A stretch of 64,000 nt of DNA, taken from contig OX597836.1 in the NCBI GenBank assembly GCA_951406725.2, positions 41,168,001 through 41,232,000 of the forward strand. Reading direction: 5' to 3'. Shown here piece by piece: positions 45,286 through 58,404 of this stretch. Each line of letters opens with the position of its first letter. The first letter of the stretch is position 1. A program made the translations under genes and the position numbers. This DNA is from Octopus vulgaris (lineage: Eukaryota). Below the pieces are notes generated by a model. It had not been told where the DNA came from. It ran no database searches and worked only from the letters and a program-made list of their open reading frames with translations.

Positions 45286-45480
45286 ATAGGGAGAATTTAC
45301 AAGAAAACAAAAGACGAAGACAGGTGCTCTAGACAACAAACAGATGTATTAGTATAACGCTCGGGTAGTGAAAAAAGTCTTTAACGTTTCGAGCCTACGC
45401 TCTTCCACAGAAAGAAACAAGGATAAAAAATAAAGAATGTGTAGTGGCTAGCGATCTATCATGGCGAAGGTCGGATAGAA
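45286..45480 (-). mobile_element. Family G element with minimal hammerhead-like motif (45378-45415), in (TA)n
   Basis: TCTTT-CTGTGGA-A-GAGC gtag GCTC-GAA-ACGT-T-AAAGA. Confidence 0.65.
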
Positions 45481-45486
45481 TATATA

Positions 45487-45560
<74 letters not shown>

Positions 45561-45823
45561 TACATATATATATACCTCAGAGTTACAGAGGTACATAATT
45601 TCATAGAAATATAAATTGAGTTCTATGTACATGTGCAAAAAAGAAGAAAGCGACAAAAAAAAAAAAAAAAAGAACAAAAGAAAAAAATGGAAACGGAACA
45701 AGCAACAAACATGTTTACAGATTTAGCAAAGAAAAATATTTACGCTGTATTCCACAAATACTCTCATGCGTACATGAAATGAAGAGAAGTAGGTGTATAT
45801 GTATATATACACATGTTTATGTA

Positions 45824-45903
<80 letters not shown>

Positions 45904-46287
45904 TGCATACATACATTATATATGTATATATATATGTTCAAATACATACATTATATATATATATGTATATATATATTTTCGACGTATAGATACAAAAATT
46001 TTTGTTATATCTGTCCAGTAGCCATTTGCATTGAAATTAATTATGGAAGGTTTTGAAGATAAAGCATTATCATTTGCCAGCTGTCAGGTGTACACTGCCG
46101 CCACCTGTAGGCCATGTTTTGACTCTTTATTCCGTTAGCGTACTGCACCATGGCTACCGCTTGGCTACCATCTGATTTACATACATATAAATACATACAC
46201 ATATATACAAGACTAAATATATATACATATGTACACTCACACACATACATCAATATGTATATATGTATATTTATACATATATATAAA

Positions 46288-46373
<86 letters not shown>

Positions 46374-46798
46374 AATATGCATGAATGTATGTGTAACTAT
46401 GTACATACGTACATAGATAGATGCACACACACACACACACACATTTATATATACATATATGTAAAGTTAAGTAAGATTCGAGTAAAAACTTTGTGGAATG
46501 CTATGCAAAGCTTGTCCAAGTCATTGGCTACCTGGTGTTAACGGGATTGGCTGAGAAATTTTGTTTCACCCCTTCATTCGCCCGGCCTAACGGTTTCAGA
46601 TCTTCTTTACCAGTTTCCGTCTCTTCAAAATTCCTTCAATGAATCGATCTTCGGTTTTGAAAAGGATGTAAAAATCTCATTTGGAAGAGTCTTTTCTCGA
46701 CAGTGAAGACAGGAAATTCTTTGAGTATTGAATAATGGATCTGCTCTGCAAGATGGCAGAAGATGCTGAAACTAAACGGTAATTATATCATTGATTAA

Positions 46799-47455
46799 GG
46801 TGGCGAGCTGGCAGAAAGGTTAGCACGTCGAGCGAAATGTTTAGCGGTATTTCGTCTGCCGCTACGTTCTGAGTTCAAATTCTGCCGAGGTCGACTTTGC
46901 CTTTCATCCTTTCGGGGTCGATTAAATAAGCACCAGTTACGCACTGGGGTCGATGTAATCGACTTAATCTGTTTGTCTGTCCTTGTTTGTCCTCTCTGTG
47001 TTTAGCCCCTTGTGGGTAGTAAAGAAATAGGTATTTCGTCTGCCGTTACGTTCTAAGTTCAAATTCTGCCGAGCTCGACTTTGCCTTTCATCCTTTCGGG
47101 GTCGATTAAATAAGCACCAGTTACGCACTGGGGTCGATGTAATAGACTTAATCCGTTTGTCTGTCCTTGTTTGTCCTCTCTGTGTTTAGCCCCTAGTGGG
47201 TAGTAAAGAAATAGAAATCGGTATTTCGTCTGTTGCTACGTTCTGAGTTCAAATGTAGAAAAACATTAGCATGCCAGGCAAAATGCTTCGCGGCATCTCT
47301 TCTTCAAGTTCTGAGTTCAAATTTCGCCGAGGACTAATTTGCCATTTATCATTTCGGGACCGAAAAAATATATACCAGTTGAGCACTGGGGTCAATGTAA
47401 TCGATTTATCCTCTCCCCTGAAATTACTGTCCGTGTGCCAAAATTTGAAGTTAAT
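46799..47455 (+). mobile_element. SINE S3 head plus tandem units, followed by an older S3-related copy
   Basis: 184-bp period (46846, 47030). Confidence 0.88.
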
Positions 47456-47542
47456 TCTATCAATAATTGAACAAATCGCAATTTTTTAAAAACTTATTTT
47501 CGCTTAAAAAAAGCGAACGAATTATGTTAGCCAGTCCGATAA

Positions 47543-47849
47543 TCTTTATATATAAAATTGAAGTTGTGTGTGTGAGACACTGTCTCCTCCGATTAAGATT
47601 CCTAACTACTCCCACATTTTGCGGTGCAGTTTAACCAAAAGCGGGTATATTATAGTCGTCATTCATATTGAGCCCTTCTGGGTATTAGCGCGCGTCTACG
47701 ATGAGTCTATGATTTAAAAAAAAAATTACCATCATTTTTCCGCATTTTTAATGATTTTTGCTCGGGTTATATGAGGGAAGTAACTCTCTAAAAATGCTTA
47801 TATAGTTATTTCCCTTACAAACCCGAGCAACGCCGGGCGATACTGCTAG
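47543..47849 (+). mobile_element. Non-autonomous Helitron, complete
   Basis: A|TC...CCCG-n8-CGGG...CTAG|T. Confidence 0.88.
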
Positions 47850-48084
47850 TTAGTAATAGATGTGATACGGCTATCTTTGTTTCTTTGCTTGTTATTATTT
47901 TATGCTCTGCTTTGGATGAACTCACCATATATTCGGTACGTTTCCTAGATTTTGAATTCGCACTGAACGTTTTTAGATTAAATATATGATACTTTATCAT
48001 TATGCATTCTGTTAGAGTGGATTTCACATGAAAGCCCCAACGGAGGTATTCGCCGGCTTTCCTGAATCCTCTTCTTTTACTTTA

Positions 48085-48800
48085 TATACATGCATTCATA
48101 CATACATACATACATACATAATACATACATACATACATACATACATACATACATGATGGCTGCCTCCTTGGTATCAAGTATGGCCATTGCATGAAGCTTA
48201 ACTGTTATTGGTGCTGTGATCGAATGTGACTTTTTAGCCCAGCTAAAGATCTACAATGTCTTGTACAGAATTGGCAGCCAAAACCTTTACCGGTAATAGC
48301 CGGCTGTAGTTGTAAGTGGGCTTCATGTACCTTTGCATGTCGTTTAAGTCCTCCTGCCGAATTACACCCTCTTCCACATGCCCGACAGATATGATTAGTA
48401 TGGTGTGTTACACCACCACCAGTGGCCAGGACTACGAAGATGGCTCTTGAGTCCAGCTTTAGAGACAGGGTCTTGCACAGACACTGCATACATACGTACA
48501 TACATACATACATACATACATACATACATACATACATACATAAATACATACATACATACAAACGTACGTACGTACATACATACATACATATATACATACA
48601 TATATACATACACACACATACATACATACATACATACATACATACATACATACATACATACATACATACATACATACATAGGCATATGACCAGGCAGACA
48701 CCAAAGAGGGTAGTGTTGGTCTCCGTCAGTCTCTAAAATCGAGAAAAAGAGTAGAGTGAACACAGCGTGAGGAGTGGAAAAATCCAACGTTTCGGACAGT
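48085..48800 (-). pseudogene. RTE-clade LINE 3' remnant: two C2H2 zinc fingers, 3' UTR and (TATG)n tail
   Basis: CRACGRGCNSAGGLKRHAKVH and CQFCTRHCRSLAGLKSHIRSQH then stop at 48205; microsatellite tail typical of RTE. Confidence 0.7.
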
Positions 48801-48825
48801 GTCATTCTGTCTGTCTGTCTATCTG

Positions 48826-48914
<89 letters not shown>

Positions 48915-49023
48915 GTCTGTGAGTGTCTGCTTGTATGTCAGTATGTCTGTCGCTCTGTCTATTTCTATCTATCAGTTTATCTATCTGACTGACTATATGA
49001 CACACACTCTCTCTGACTATATA

Positions 49024-49057
<34 letters not shown>

Positions 49058-49061
<4 letters not shown>

Positions 49062-49253
49062 GGTCCCGGGTTGATTCGGGGTTAACCACAGTAAGTAAGG
49101 TACTCAATACATAGCAGAGTAAAATTAATTTATTATATAGAAGGAGCTTCTACAGGACTAGTACTGTTTCATTCAAGAGAAATCTTCAGGAAGCTTCCTG
49201 AAGATTTCTCTTGAATGAAACAGTACTAGTCCTGTAGAAGCTCCTTCTATATA

Positions 49254-49259
<6 letters not shown>
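49058..49259. mobile_element. Palindromic twin-hammerhead element family A, copy 2 (opposite orientation), in (TA)n
   Basis: Perfect palindrome 49128-49259 centred on AAGCTT; HHR on plus strand 49192-49242 and mirror on minus. Confidence 0.85.
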
Positions 49260-49290
<31 letters not shown>

Positions 49291-50549
49291 CATTATATAT
49301 ACATGAATCTATCTAGCTATTTATCTATCTATATACATACACTCACATATATATGCATACACACACACACACACATAAATATACACATATATACATACTT
49401 GGATACACACAGCTTTATATTGTTAAGGCAAGACACAGCGAACATTCACCACTTAGAGAGAAGCGGGTGCCAAAAATTCACTCACACACATATACGTGTA
49501 CACACACATACACATACACCCCACTCCATATATATATATATATGCGTGTGCATGTACATACGTTTGAATGCAGGTATAAATATATGTATATACACATACA
49601 GACACGTGAATATATATATATATATATATATCTATATCTATATCTATATCTATATATATATATCTATATATATATACAGATATAGATATATATATATATA
49701 CATGATAATATAGTGATTAAACACAGAGGATTGCAAAGTAATGCTTATGGTGTTTGCCAGACACCTCCACATAATTCAAGCCATAACAGCTGAGACAACA
49801 TACGAATAATTGCATTGGTCGTCCATTGATACTCTATTGTATTCTGTAACCAGCTGTTGCTAGGCGGTATCGAACCTACTTACTCAGGATTAAAATTTTG
49901 ACATTCTACCAGCAAACAATGAGCTGCTATCTATATAAATATGTATTTATATAAGCCCGCCTCTCATAAAAGATTGTCGGTTGATGTTGTTATTGTTGTT
50001 GTTGTTGGTGTTGTGGTCGTTGTTGTTGTCTGTACCCCTAGGTTATCTCTAAATGAGTAGATATGACCAAAAGCCTTCCGCATATGATATTGAAAATACT
50101 GTCATGGTTATGGATATCGTGGTACCAAGACGAATCCTTCACGCAAATGGGAAGGCAATTGTGAGAGACGCATCGAAAGAATATCTAGTTACGAGAGAGT
50201 GACGTAGAGAAAGAGAGAGAAACCCGTTTGCCAGAACTCAATGGGACATGAATTCTTCACCGCAGAAGCTTAACACTACAGTTTATTTCTTCAGGATTTG
50301 AGCGCAAAATGCAGAGCTAGCACACAGGCGTGGCTGTGTGGTAAGAAGCTTTTGCTTCCCAACCACACGGGTTTAGTACCATTGCGTGACACCTTTGTAA
50401 GTGTCTTCTACTATAGCCTCATGCAGACCAAAGTCTTGAAAGTGGATTTGGTAGACAGAAATGAAAATAGGTAAGTTTCAAGGCATTGATGTCCAGGTCA
50501 GAAAAGCAAAGTTTGAAGGGAATGGTAGTCATTTCTTTTGATTTCTAAA

Positions 50550-51050
50550 TAGAAGCATGTCTTGCAAACAACTTGCACATGCAAGTGCTACCAGTTAAAA
50601 GCTCCGTATACCGGAAGCTAGCAAGTGTATGGGGTCATCAGGAGAGAATGCGCGCCGTTTCGGGGCCTACCTCTCGACGGCATCAATGCCCCCCTCACTG
50701 ATATGAGGCCCCGCTTGCTAGATCAGCTGGTTATGAAGAACTCAATATACTTCTAGCCATCGCTCATCGTCTCTTTTTAACCAAATCCAGTGGCTAGCCT
50801 TCTCCACTGTAGATTGGATATCGATCATGGTGGTATTGACTTTACGATGAGTTAGGCCTAGCGATAACAACAGTCGTCTCACGCTGTGTCCAACAAACCC
50901 CTCTACATCCGACTTCGAAAGGAAAATGTTCCGCTTTCCAGCCTGCGTCTTCACATTCCTCGAGGAGGTTTTCATAACGGTTCAATTCTCGAGCCCGAGC
51001 CGCGTCCATATTATCTTCATGAGGAACCGTTAGCTCGACTTGGTGAAGAA
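50550..51050 (-). pseudogene. HERO-clade non-LTR retrotransposon 3' fragment (restriction-like endonuclease domain, frameshifted, plus 3' UTR)
   Basis: Minus translation VELTVPHEDNMDAARARELNRYENLLEECEDAGWKAEHFPFEVGCRG / FVGHSVRRLL...VEKASHWIWLKR matches the HERO RLE C-terminus pattern. Confidence 0.8.
50618..50721 (-). ncRNA. Non-circularly permuted hammerhead-like RNA in the HERO 3' UTR
   Basis: All core elements present (CUGAUGA, GAAA, GUC) with three perfect stems in scrambled order and an 8-bp enclosing helix. Confidence 0.7.
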
Positions 51051-51120
51051 TGGAGTTTGATATAGGAAATAACAGTTATTGACCAAAGACAAAGAATGAA
51101 AATATGAAATTTATTACACA

Positions 51121-51430
51121 CTAGCAGTATCGCCCGGCGTTGCTCAGGTTTGTAAGGGAAATAACTATATAAGCATTTTTAGAGAGTTACTTCCCTTATA
51201 TAATAGCAAAAAAATGCTTTAAAAATGGGAAAAAATGATGGTAAATTTTTTTTTTAATCGTAGACTCATCGTAGACTCATCGTAGACGCGCGCTAATACC
51301 CAGAAGGGCTCGATATGAATCACGACTATAAGATACCCGCTTTTGGTTACACTGCACCGCAAAATGTGGGAGTAGTTAGGAATCTAAATCGGAGGAGACA
51401 GACACACAACTTCACTTTTATATATAAAGA
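51121..51430 (-). mobile_element. Non-autonomous Helitron, complete
   Basis: TC start at 51430, CTAG end at 51121, inserted at A|T. Confidence 0.88.
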
Positions 51431-51839
51431 TATAATATACATGGCAACAAGGTTATTATTCTTAATGTAGTTTAAAATAAAAGTATTAAGATTTTCTGGA
51501 GAGTCCCGGATGAACCTACCTCACGGCAAGAGGTGCAAATGAGAGTAGCTACATCAAACTCCATTCGTCACCAAGTGCCACATATTAGAGGAGGCTCTTC
51601 GTAATAACAGTGTAGCACAAAACGGCGGTGCATCAGTATGGCCGCAGCTCCGAGCTGAAACAAGAAAAACGAAAATCTAACACTGAGTGTAGTGTTGAAT
51701 ATATTGTAAATTTCGATTCGACTGAGAGTTTACGTTTCATCTCTTGGATCATTCAGCCGGTCTACTTGGATAAACTGGAAGTCCCAATCCAGTCCGATTA
51801 TGTAATATATATTTATGTATTTTTAAAAGTTATCTCAAC

Positions 51840-52233
51840 AGGCGCAGGAGTGGCTGTGTGGTAAGTAGCTTGTTTACCAACCACATGGTTCCGGGTTCAG
51901 TCCCACTGCGTGGCACCTTGGGCAAGTGTCTTCTACTATAGCCTCGGGCCGACCAAAGCCTTGTGAGTGGATTTGGTAGACGGAAACTGAAAGAAGCCCG
52001 ACGTATATATGTATATATATATGTGTGGTGCGTGTATGTTTGTGTTTGTCCCCCTAGCATTGCTTGACAACCGATGCTGGTGTGTTTATGTCCCCGTCAC
52101 TTAGCGGTTCGGCAAAAGAGACCGATAGAATAAGTACTGGGCTTACAAAAGAATAAGTCCCGGAGTCGAGTTGTCGATTAAAAGGCGGTGCTCCAGCATG
52201 GCCGCCGTCAAATGACTGAAACAAGTAAAAGAG
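51840..52233 (+). mobile_element. SINE S1, full length
   Basis: Homology to S1. Confidence 0.9.
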
Positions 52234-52689
52234 GTTTTCTATAGAAACTAGAGCCAGTACTGAAAGCTACGACGTTTCGTACACGAATACGACTATGTAA
52301 ACAATGCGACCGAAGATAGATAAATTGGTGATGGGTGCATAGGCGCATCTCAGGGGTTATTAATCTCTATATTAATCTTTATATACTTTTTCTGCATATG
52401 AAGTATGTATGTATGTAAGTATGTATGTATGTATGTATGTGTGTGTGTGTGTGTGTGTGTATGTGTGTATGTATGTATGTATATATGTGTGTGTGTATGT
52501 ATGTATGTATGTGTGTGTGTATGTATGTATGTATGTATGTATGTATGTATGTATGTATGTATGTATGTGTGTGTGTGTATGTATGTATGTATGTATGTAT
52601 GTGTGTATGTATGTATGTGTGTGTGTATGTATGTATGTATGTGTATTTACACGAGTGTGTGTATGTGCGTATGTGTGTGTGTGTGTGTG

Positions 52690-54535
52690 TACAGGGTGTG
52701 TCAGTTTTTTTCATTTGTATGAATTTAGAAAATGTCACCTAGCTCATCAAAGGAAAACTGTATTCGAAGACAAATTGATGCAATTAATCTTGAGAATCCC
52801 TTTATCACACCTTCACAATGAATCCGCAATTGGCAGCATCAGAGACTGCTTCAACAAGGGGCCAGAAGCGTTGATATGCCTGATGCAGATGACCCTTGTC
52901 AAGTTCGGGCACAGTTCTGGTTATGGCGGATGGGAGAGATTGTATGATGGTATGAAGACGTTAATTGGACCTGCCTCTCGACTAAGCCCCATACGCAATA
53001 ATCTAGTAAATTGAGGCCATATATCTGGGAGATTATGATCATGGAAATTGGCATGCTTTTACGCTTGGGTTGTTCTAGCCTTATGAGATGGTTCAGAGTC
53101 TTGATAGACGTTCGGTCCTCCATTGCGTATTCTGTTTATTCACTGTCTCATAACTTTTTCCAACACGTATGTGTTTGTACATGTGTGTGCGTGTTTATGT
53201 GTGTATGTAGATGTGTAATGTGACTGTGTTTGCAAATGTGTGGGTATGTAAGCGCGCGCACGTGTGTGTGTGATTGTGTGAGTTTGTGTGTATGTGTGTG
53301 TGTGTGTGCACGCGCGCATGGGCGCAGGGCTTTTTCACAAACAAACATTGGATAGCGATCGAAGTTTTGTCTTGTTTCTTTGTTTCGTATAGAAATAGCT
53401 TAGGCGCAGGAGTGGCTGTGTGGTAAGTAGCTTGCTTACGAACCACATGGTTCCGGGTTCAGTCCCACTACGTGGTATCTTGGGTAAGTGTCTTCTACTA
53501 TAGCCTCGGTCGAATTTAATTTATATTTATAAATTTTTATATTTTTTAATATTTAAAAAAATTTTAAATTTATAAATTTTTAAACTTTTAATTTTTAATT
53601 TTTTTTTAATAACTATCAAAAAGTATTAAAAAGTGAGAAGGTACGACGTCTCCTTCTTTGCTGACGACCCCTAGAATCAATACAGTTGTTGGGAACATAG
53701 TAAACATGACCGTCAGAACCTCATTCGGGTCTCCGCATAACCATTTGTCGTTCCTTCAGTTTACCCTTTGGCCCCGGTCGAAGTTTTCTCATCGGAGAAA
53801 AGCCAAAGCCTTCTTAACTCATTTAGCAAGTGCTTAGTACAGATCGAGGAGGCGCAATGGCCCAGTGGTTAGGGCAGCGGACTGGCGGTCGTAGGACGGA
53901 GGCGCAATGGCCCAGTGGTTAGAGCAGCGGACTCGCGGTCGTAGGATCGCGGTTTCGATTCCCAGACCGGGCGTTGTGAGTGTTTATTGAGCGAAAACAC
54001 CTAAAAGCTCCATGAGGCTCGGACAGGGAATGGTGGTGATCCCTGCTGTACTCTTTCACCACAACTTTCTCTCACTCTTACTTCTCGTTTCTGTTGTACC
54101 TGTATTTCAAAGGGCCGGCCTTGTCACTCTCTGTGTCACGCTGAATATCCCCGAGAACTACGTTAAGGGTACACGTGTCTGTGGAGTGCTCAGCTACTTA
54201 TACGTTAATTTCACGAGCAGGCTGTTCCGTTGATTCGGATCAACCGGAACCCACGTCGTCGTAACCGACGGAGTGCTTCCATAAGTACAGATTGAGCAAT
54301 CCTCTCGTGACACGTCCAACATAAACTCACAACTTTGCCTCGCATACAACTCGTATTAGATGTCCTCGTGCACAACTCTTCTAGCGGTGCATTCGGAAGA
54401 CTTAAAGTCCTTTTTAATGACTCTCATTGGCTTCCCGGGGTTTTTACGGATTGTTTTCTTGAAGTTTTTGTACAAAGTTGTGTATTCTGATAGTTGTGCA
54501 TTCTGACTAGTTCCATTCTCCGAAATAGCTGACCC
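52690..54535 (-). pseudogene. Decayed Tc1/mariner transposase, DD37D (maT)-like, interrupted by two insertions
   Basis: Minus-strand peptides RRVVHEDI, WLFSDEK, RNDKWLCGDPNEV..FPTTVLILGVVSKEGDV, QDSEPSHKA, LNLLDYCVWGLVER; TACAGGGTG terminus at 52690. Confidence 0.8.
53848..54283 (+). mobile_element. SINE S2 (duplicated head), tail type 1, with AGTACAGAT target-site duplication
   Basis: AGTACAGAT on both sides. Confidence 0.9.
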
Positions 54536-54536
54536 T

Positions 54537-54786
54537 ACTCTTACTCTTTTACTCTTTTACTCTTTTACTTGTTTCAGTCATTTGACTGCGGCCATGCTGG
54601 AGCACCGCCTTTGGTCGAGCAAATCGACCCCGGGACTTATTCTTTGTAAGCCCAGTACTTATTCTATCGGTCTCTTTTTGCCGAACCGCTAAGTGACGGG
54701 GACGTAAAGACACCAGCAGCGGTTGTCAAGCAATGCTAGGGGGACAAACACAGACACACAAACATACATATATATATATATATATA

Positions 54787-54828
<42 letters not shown>

Positions 54829-54912
54829 TACGACAGGCTTCTTTCAGTTTCCGTCTACCAAATCCACTCACAAGGCTTTGGTCGGCCCGAGGCTATAGCA
54901 GAAGACACTTGC
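54537..54912 (-). mobile_element. SINE S1, 5'-truncated
   Basis: Homology to S1. Confidence 0.88.
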
Positions 54913-55170
54913 TAACGTTTCTGCCAACTCACCTTTTTCATGCTTTCTAGGGGTAAGCAAATAAGAAATAACAGTTACTACTCAAGGACAAAAACCGTGT
55001 CACATAATGTTACTGACGAGTTTTTCATTTGCCTTTATAATATCTGTTTATATTTTAAGACTTCGTAATCTACGTTATGAAGGACCCTGCCTATATCATC
55101 ATATCTTCACTCCTCCTCCTCCTCCTCCTCCTCGCAGCAAAGAAATTATAAAAATAATTATATACATTGA

Positions 55171-55740
55171 AGGCGGCGAGCTGGCAGAAACGTTAGCACG
55201 CCGGGCGAAAAGCGTAGCCGTATTTCGTCTGCCGTTACGTTCTGAGTTCAGATTCCGCCGAGGTCGACTTTGCCTTTCCTCCTTTCGGGGTCGATAAATT
55301 AAGTACCAGTGGTGCACTGGGGACGATGTAATCGACTTAATCCTTTTGTCTGTCCTTGTTTGTACCCTCTGTGTTTAGCCCCGTTTTGGTAGTAAAGAAA
55401 CTGGTATTTCATCTGCCGCTACGTTCTGAGTTCAAATTCCGCCGAGGTCGACTTTGCCTTTCCTCCTTTCGGTATCGATAAATTAAGTACCAGTTACGCA
55501 CTGGGGTCGATGTAATCGACTTAATCCGTTTGCCTGTCCTTGTTTGTCCCCTCTGTGTTTAGCCCTTGTGGGTAGTAAAGAAATACGTATTTCTTCCCAC
55601 TTTGCGTTCTGGGTTCAAATAGAGCTTAGGTCGACTTTGCCGTTCGTCCCTTTCGCGGTGGAAAAAATAAGTACCAGTTGAACACTGGGGTCGATGTATT
55701 CAATTTACCCCCACCCACGAAAGTGCTAGGCCTGTGTCTA
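55171..55740 (+). mobile_element. SINE S3 head plus 2 tandem units and an older fragment
   Basis: Homology to S3. Confidence 0.88.
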
Positions 55741-55787
55741 GATTTGAAAGAAATAATTATAAACATGTCATTAATAACCTTATCTTG

Positions 55788-55844
<57 letters not shown>

Positions 55845-56029
55845 CTTTTCTATCACTTCTTTCAGTCATTTGACTGTGGCCATGCAGGAGCACCACTTCG
55901 AAGGGTTTCAGTCGAACAAGTTACGGGGACGTAAGCACACCAACACCGGTCGTCAAATGAATCAAGATATGTATGTGTCTATGTATGTATGTATGTATGT
56001 ATGTATGTATGTATGCATGTATCTATCTG

Positions 56030-56096
<67 letters not shown>

Positions 56097-56136
56097 GTTT
56101 ATCTATCTATATATCTGTCTGTCTGTCTATCCATCC

Positions 56137-56281
<145 letters not shown>

Positions 56282-56310
56282 CCCAGCGAGTTACATGTGT
56301 TCCTTTTCAG

Positions 56311-56514
56311 GTATTTCAATTTGTCAAATGAAAGGCAAAAGTGCGCAATATCTCGTTTATAACAAAAGGTCAATATTCAGTGTTAATCTGAAATCTCTAA
56401 ACTCAGACACCTCGTTTCTACGAAAGATCACACATTTTGCTGTTGCCTTCCAGAATGTACAAACGACTACAATGCAGTTTAAACCTGTGAAAGTGTCACC
56501 ATGGAAACCAGCTG
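56311..56514 (+). CDS. Candidate internal coding exon (204 bp, phase 1-1), product unknown
   Basis: Acceptor TGTTCCTTTTCAG, open non-repetitive frame [19 protein letters not shown]...VSPWKPA, GT donor; no recognisable domain. Confidence 0.3.
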
Positions 56515-56854
56515 GTATAAGGTATTTCTATACGAAACAAAGAAACAAGACAAAACTTCGATCGCTATCCAATATGTTTGTTTTGTGAAAAAGCCCTGCG
56601 CCCATGCACGCGTGTACACACACACACACGCACACACACACAAACACACTCACCCACACACACACGTGCGCGCGCTTACATACCCACACATTTGCAAACA
56701 CAGTCACATTTCACATCTACATACACACATAAACACGCTCACACATGTACAAACACATACGCACACATGCACACACAAAACACTCACTCACACACACACA
56801 CACACACATATATATATACGTATACATACAAACGTACACATACACACATACTAT

Positions 56855-56898
<44 letters not shown>

Positions 56899-57181
56899 TA
56901 AGTTAGAGATAAAACCACTATTAGGCAAATCAAACAGTGAAAAACATAAACCAAAACATAAAAATAAATATAATTAATATAATATACAAAATATATAAAA
57001 TATAACATTTAAAATTTAAATTATTTAAATTTAAAATTCTTTATTTATATTTATAATTTTTTATATATTTTTATATATTTTTAAATTTAAAATTTATAAA
57101 TTTTTAAACTTTTAATTTTTAAATTTTTTTATAACTATCAAAAAGTATTAAAAAGTTTAATATAATATACTAAGTAATAAG

Positions 57182-57236
<55 letters not shown>

Positions 57237-58371
57237 TATGTTTGTATGTGCATGTCTGTGTATTATATTAATCAAAATAGTAAATATTTCGTTGAATCCG
57301 AGCATAAGATGAAGGGAGCATGTATCTTTTATGCATATAATTGATGTCTAAAGATAAAATTTATCTAGGCTGGAGGGGTGGCAAAGTGTGTGGGTGGGCG
57401 ATTAGGCATCAAATATCGAAGTATGAATTTTTTCTTGTGCATGCATAGGGAGAAGGTTTCCTCCTTCATGTTGATGTTATGATATTTAGTTTTTCGGTAA
57501 TGCAGAGCTTGCATTTTCCAATCCATCCCCTTTATTTGTGGGCCTTAGCTATAATGCTCCAGTTCATATGAGAGTTGCTTAGACCTCTCTCTTTAATTGT
57601 CCATACCATCTACAGTACATTAAAAGTCGGTGTGAATCTTGCTTTGCTTGCTTGCACTGCTACCCAGCCAAACTGGAGCATAATGGGAAAATACTATGGA
57701 TTAACTTTATCCTGAAATGTTATTAAGAACGGAATGAAACAAGTTTCCCGTAAATCTGAGAAATAGTTATTGGGATATTCGGGATTTGGAAATATAAATA
57801 CCCCAAACGGTGCATAATGGGAAAACGTTCCGAATTTAACTTTATCCTGAAAGGAAAGAAAATCTAACCTTTCGATGTCACATTCATTGAAAGCATGCGA
57901 AATAACCTGGAAAAGAAAAAAACCCACGAAACACTATTCCGTTGCCGGGAAACTCAGAGTTTCCTGGTGACCCAACGGATCACAGGTAGTCCAGTATTAA
58001 ATAAAGATACCGTATGTCTTTTATTTTTATCTCTGAACGAAGCCAAATGCTACGCATATCTCCCTTTGGAGGCGGTTTCCGTCATTGCACTGCAAACGTT
58101 TGTCGTCCCATAACAATCCGTAATGCTGTCCAGAGATCTACAATTACAGGGTCTTTGAGGGGATGCTCCCAATGTTATTTTTATTCTGGTTGAAAATAAT
58201 CGACCTTATACTGGGAAGACAACTATAGCTAACTTCGACTGAATTTATTTTTAAGATCAGTCACTCTCTCTCTCTCTCTCTTCATACATATATAGGCATA
58301 TTTCTGCGCGCGAGACCGTGCGTGCGTGCGTGTGTGTGTGTGTGTGTGTGTGTGTTTATTTGTGTGTGTGT

Positions 58372-58404
<33 letters not shown>

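Noticed and set aside
46570-46665. Hammerhead-like AGATC...GATCT-GAAACCG on the minus strand
   Set aside because: Core reads AAACCGA and the cleavage triplet is missing; at best a heavily decayed relic
48205-48490. Host C2H2 zinc-finger gene
   Set aside because: Fingers lack TGEKP linkers and are followed by a shared retroelement tail and (TATG)n, fitting an RTE C-terminus
57679-57852. 40-bp imperfect direct repeat in protein-like sequence
   Set aside because: Plus-strand frames contain multiple stops and no family is recognisable
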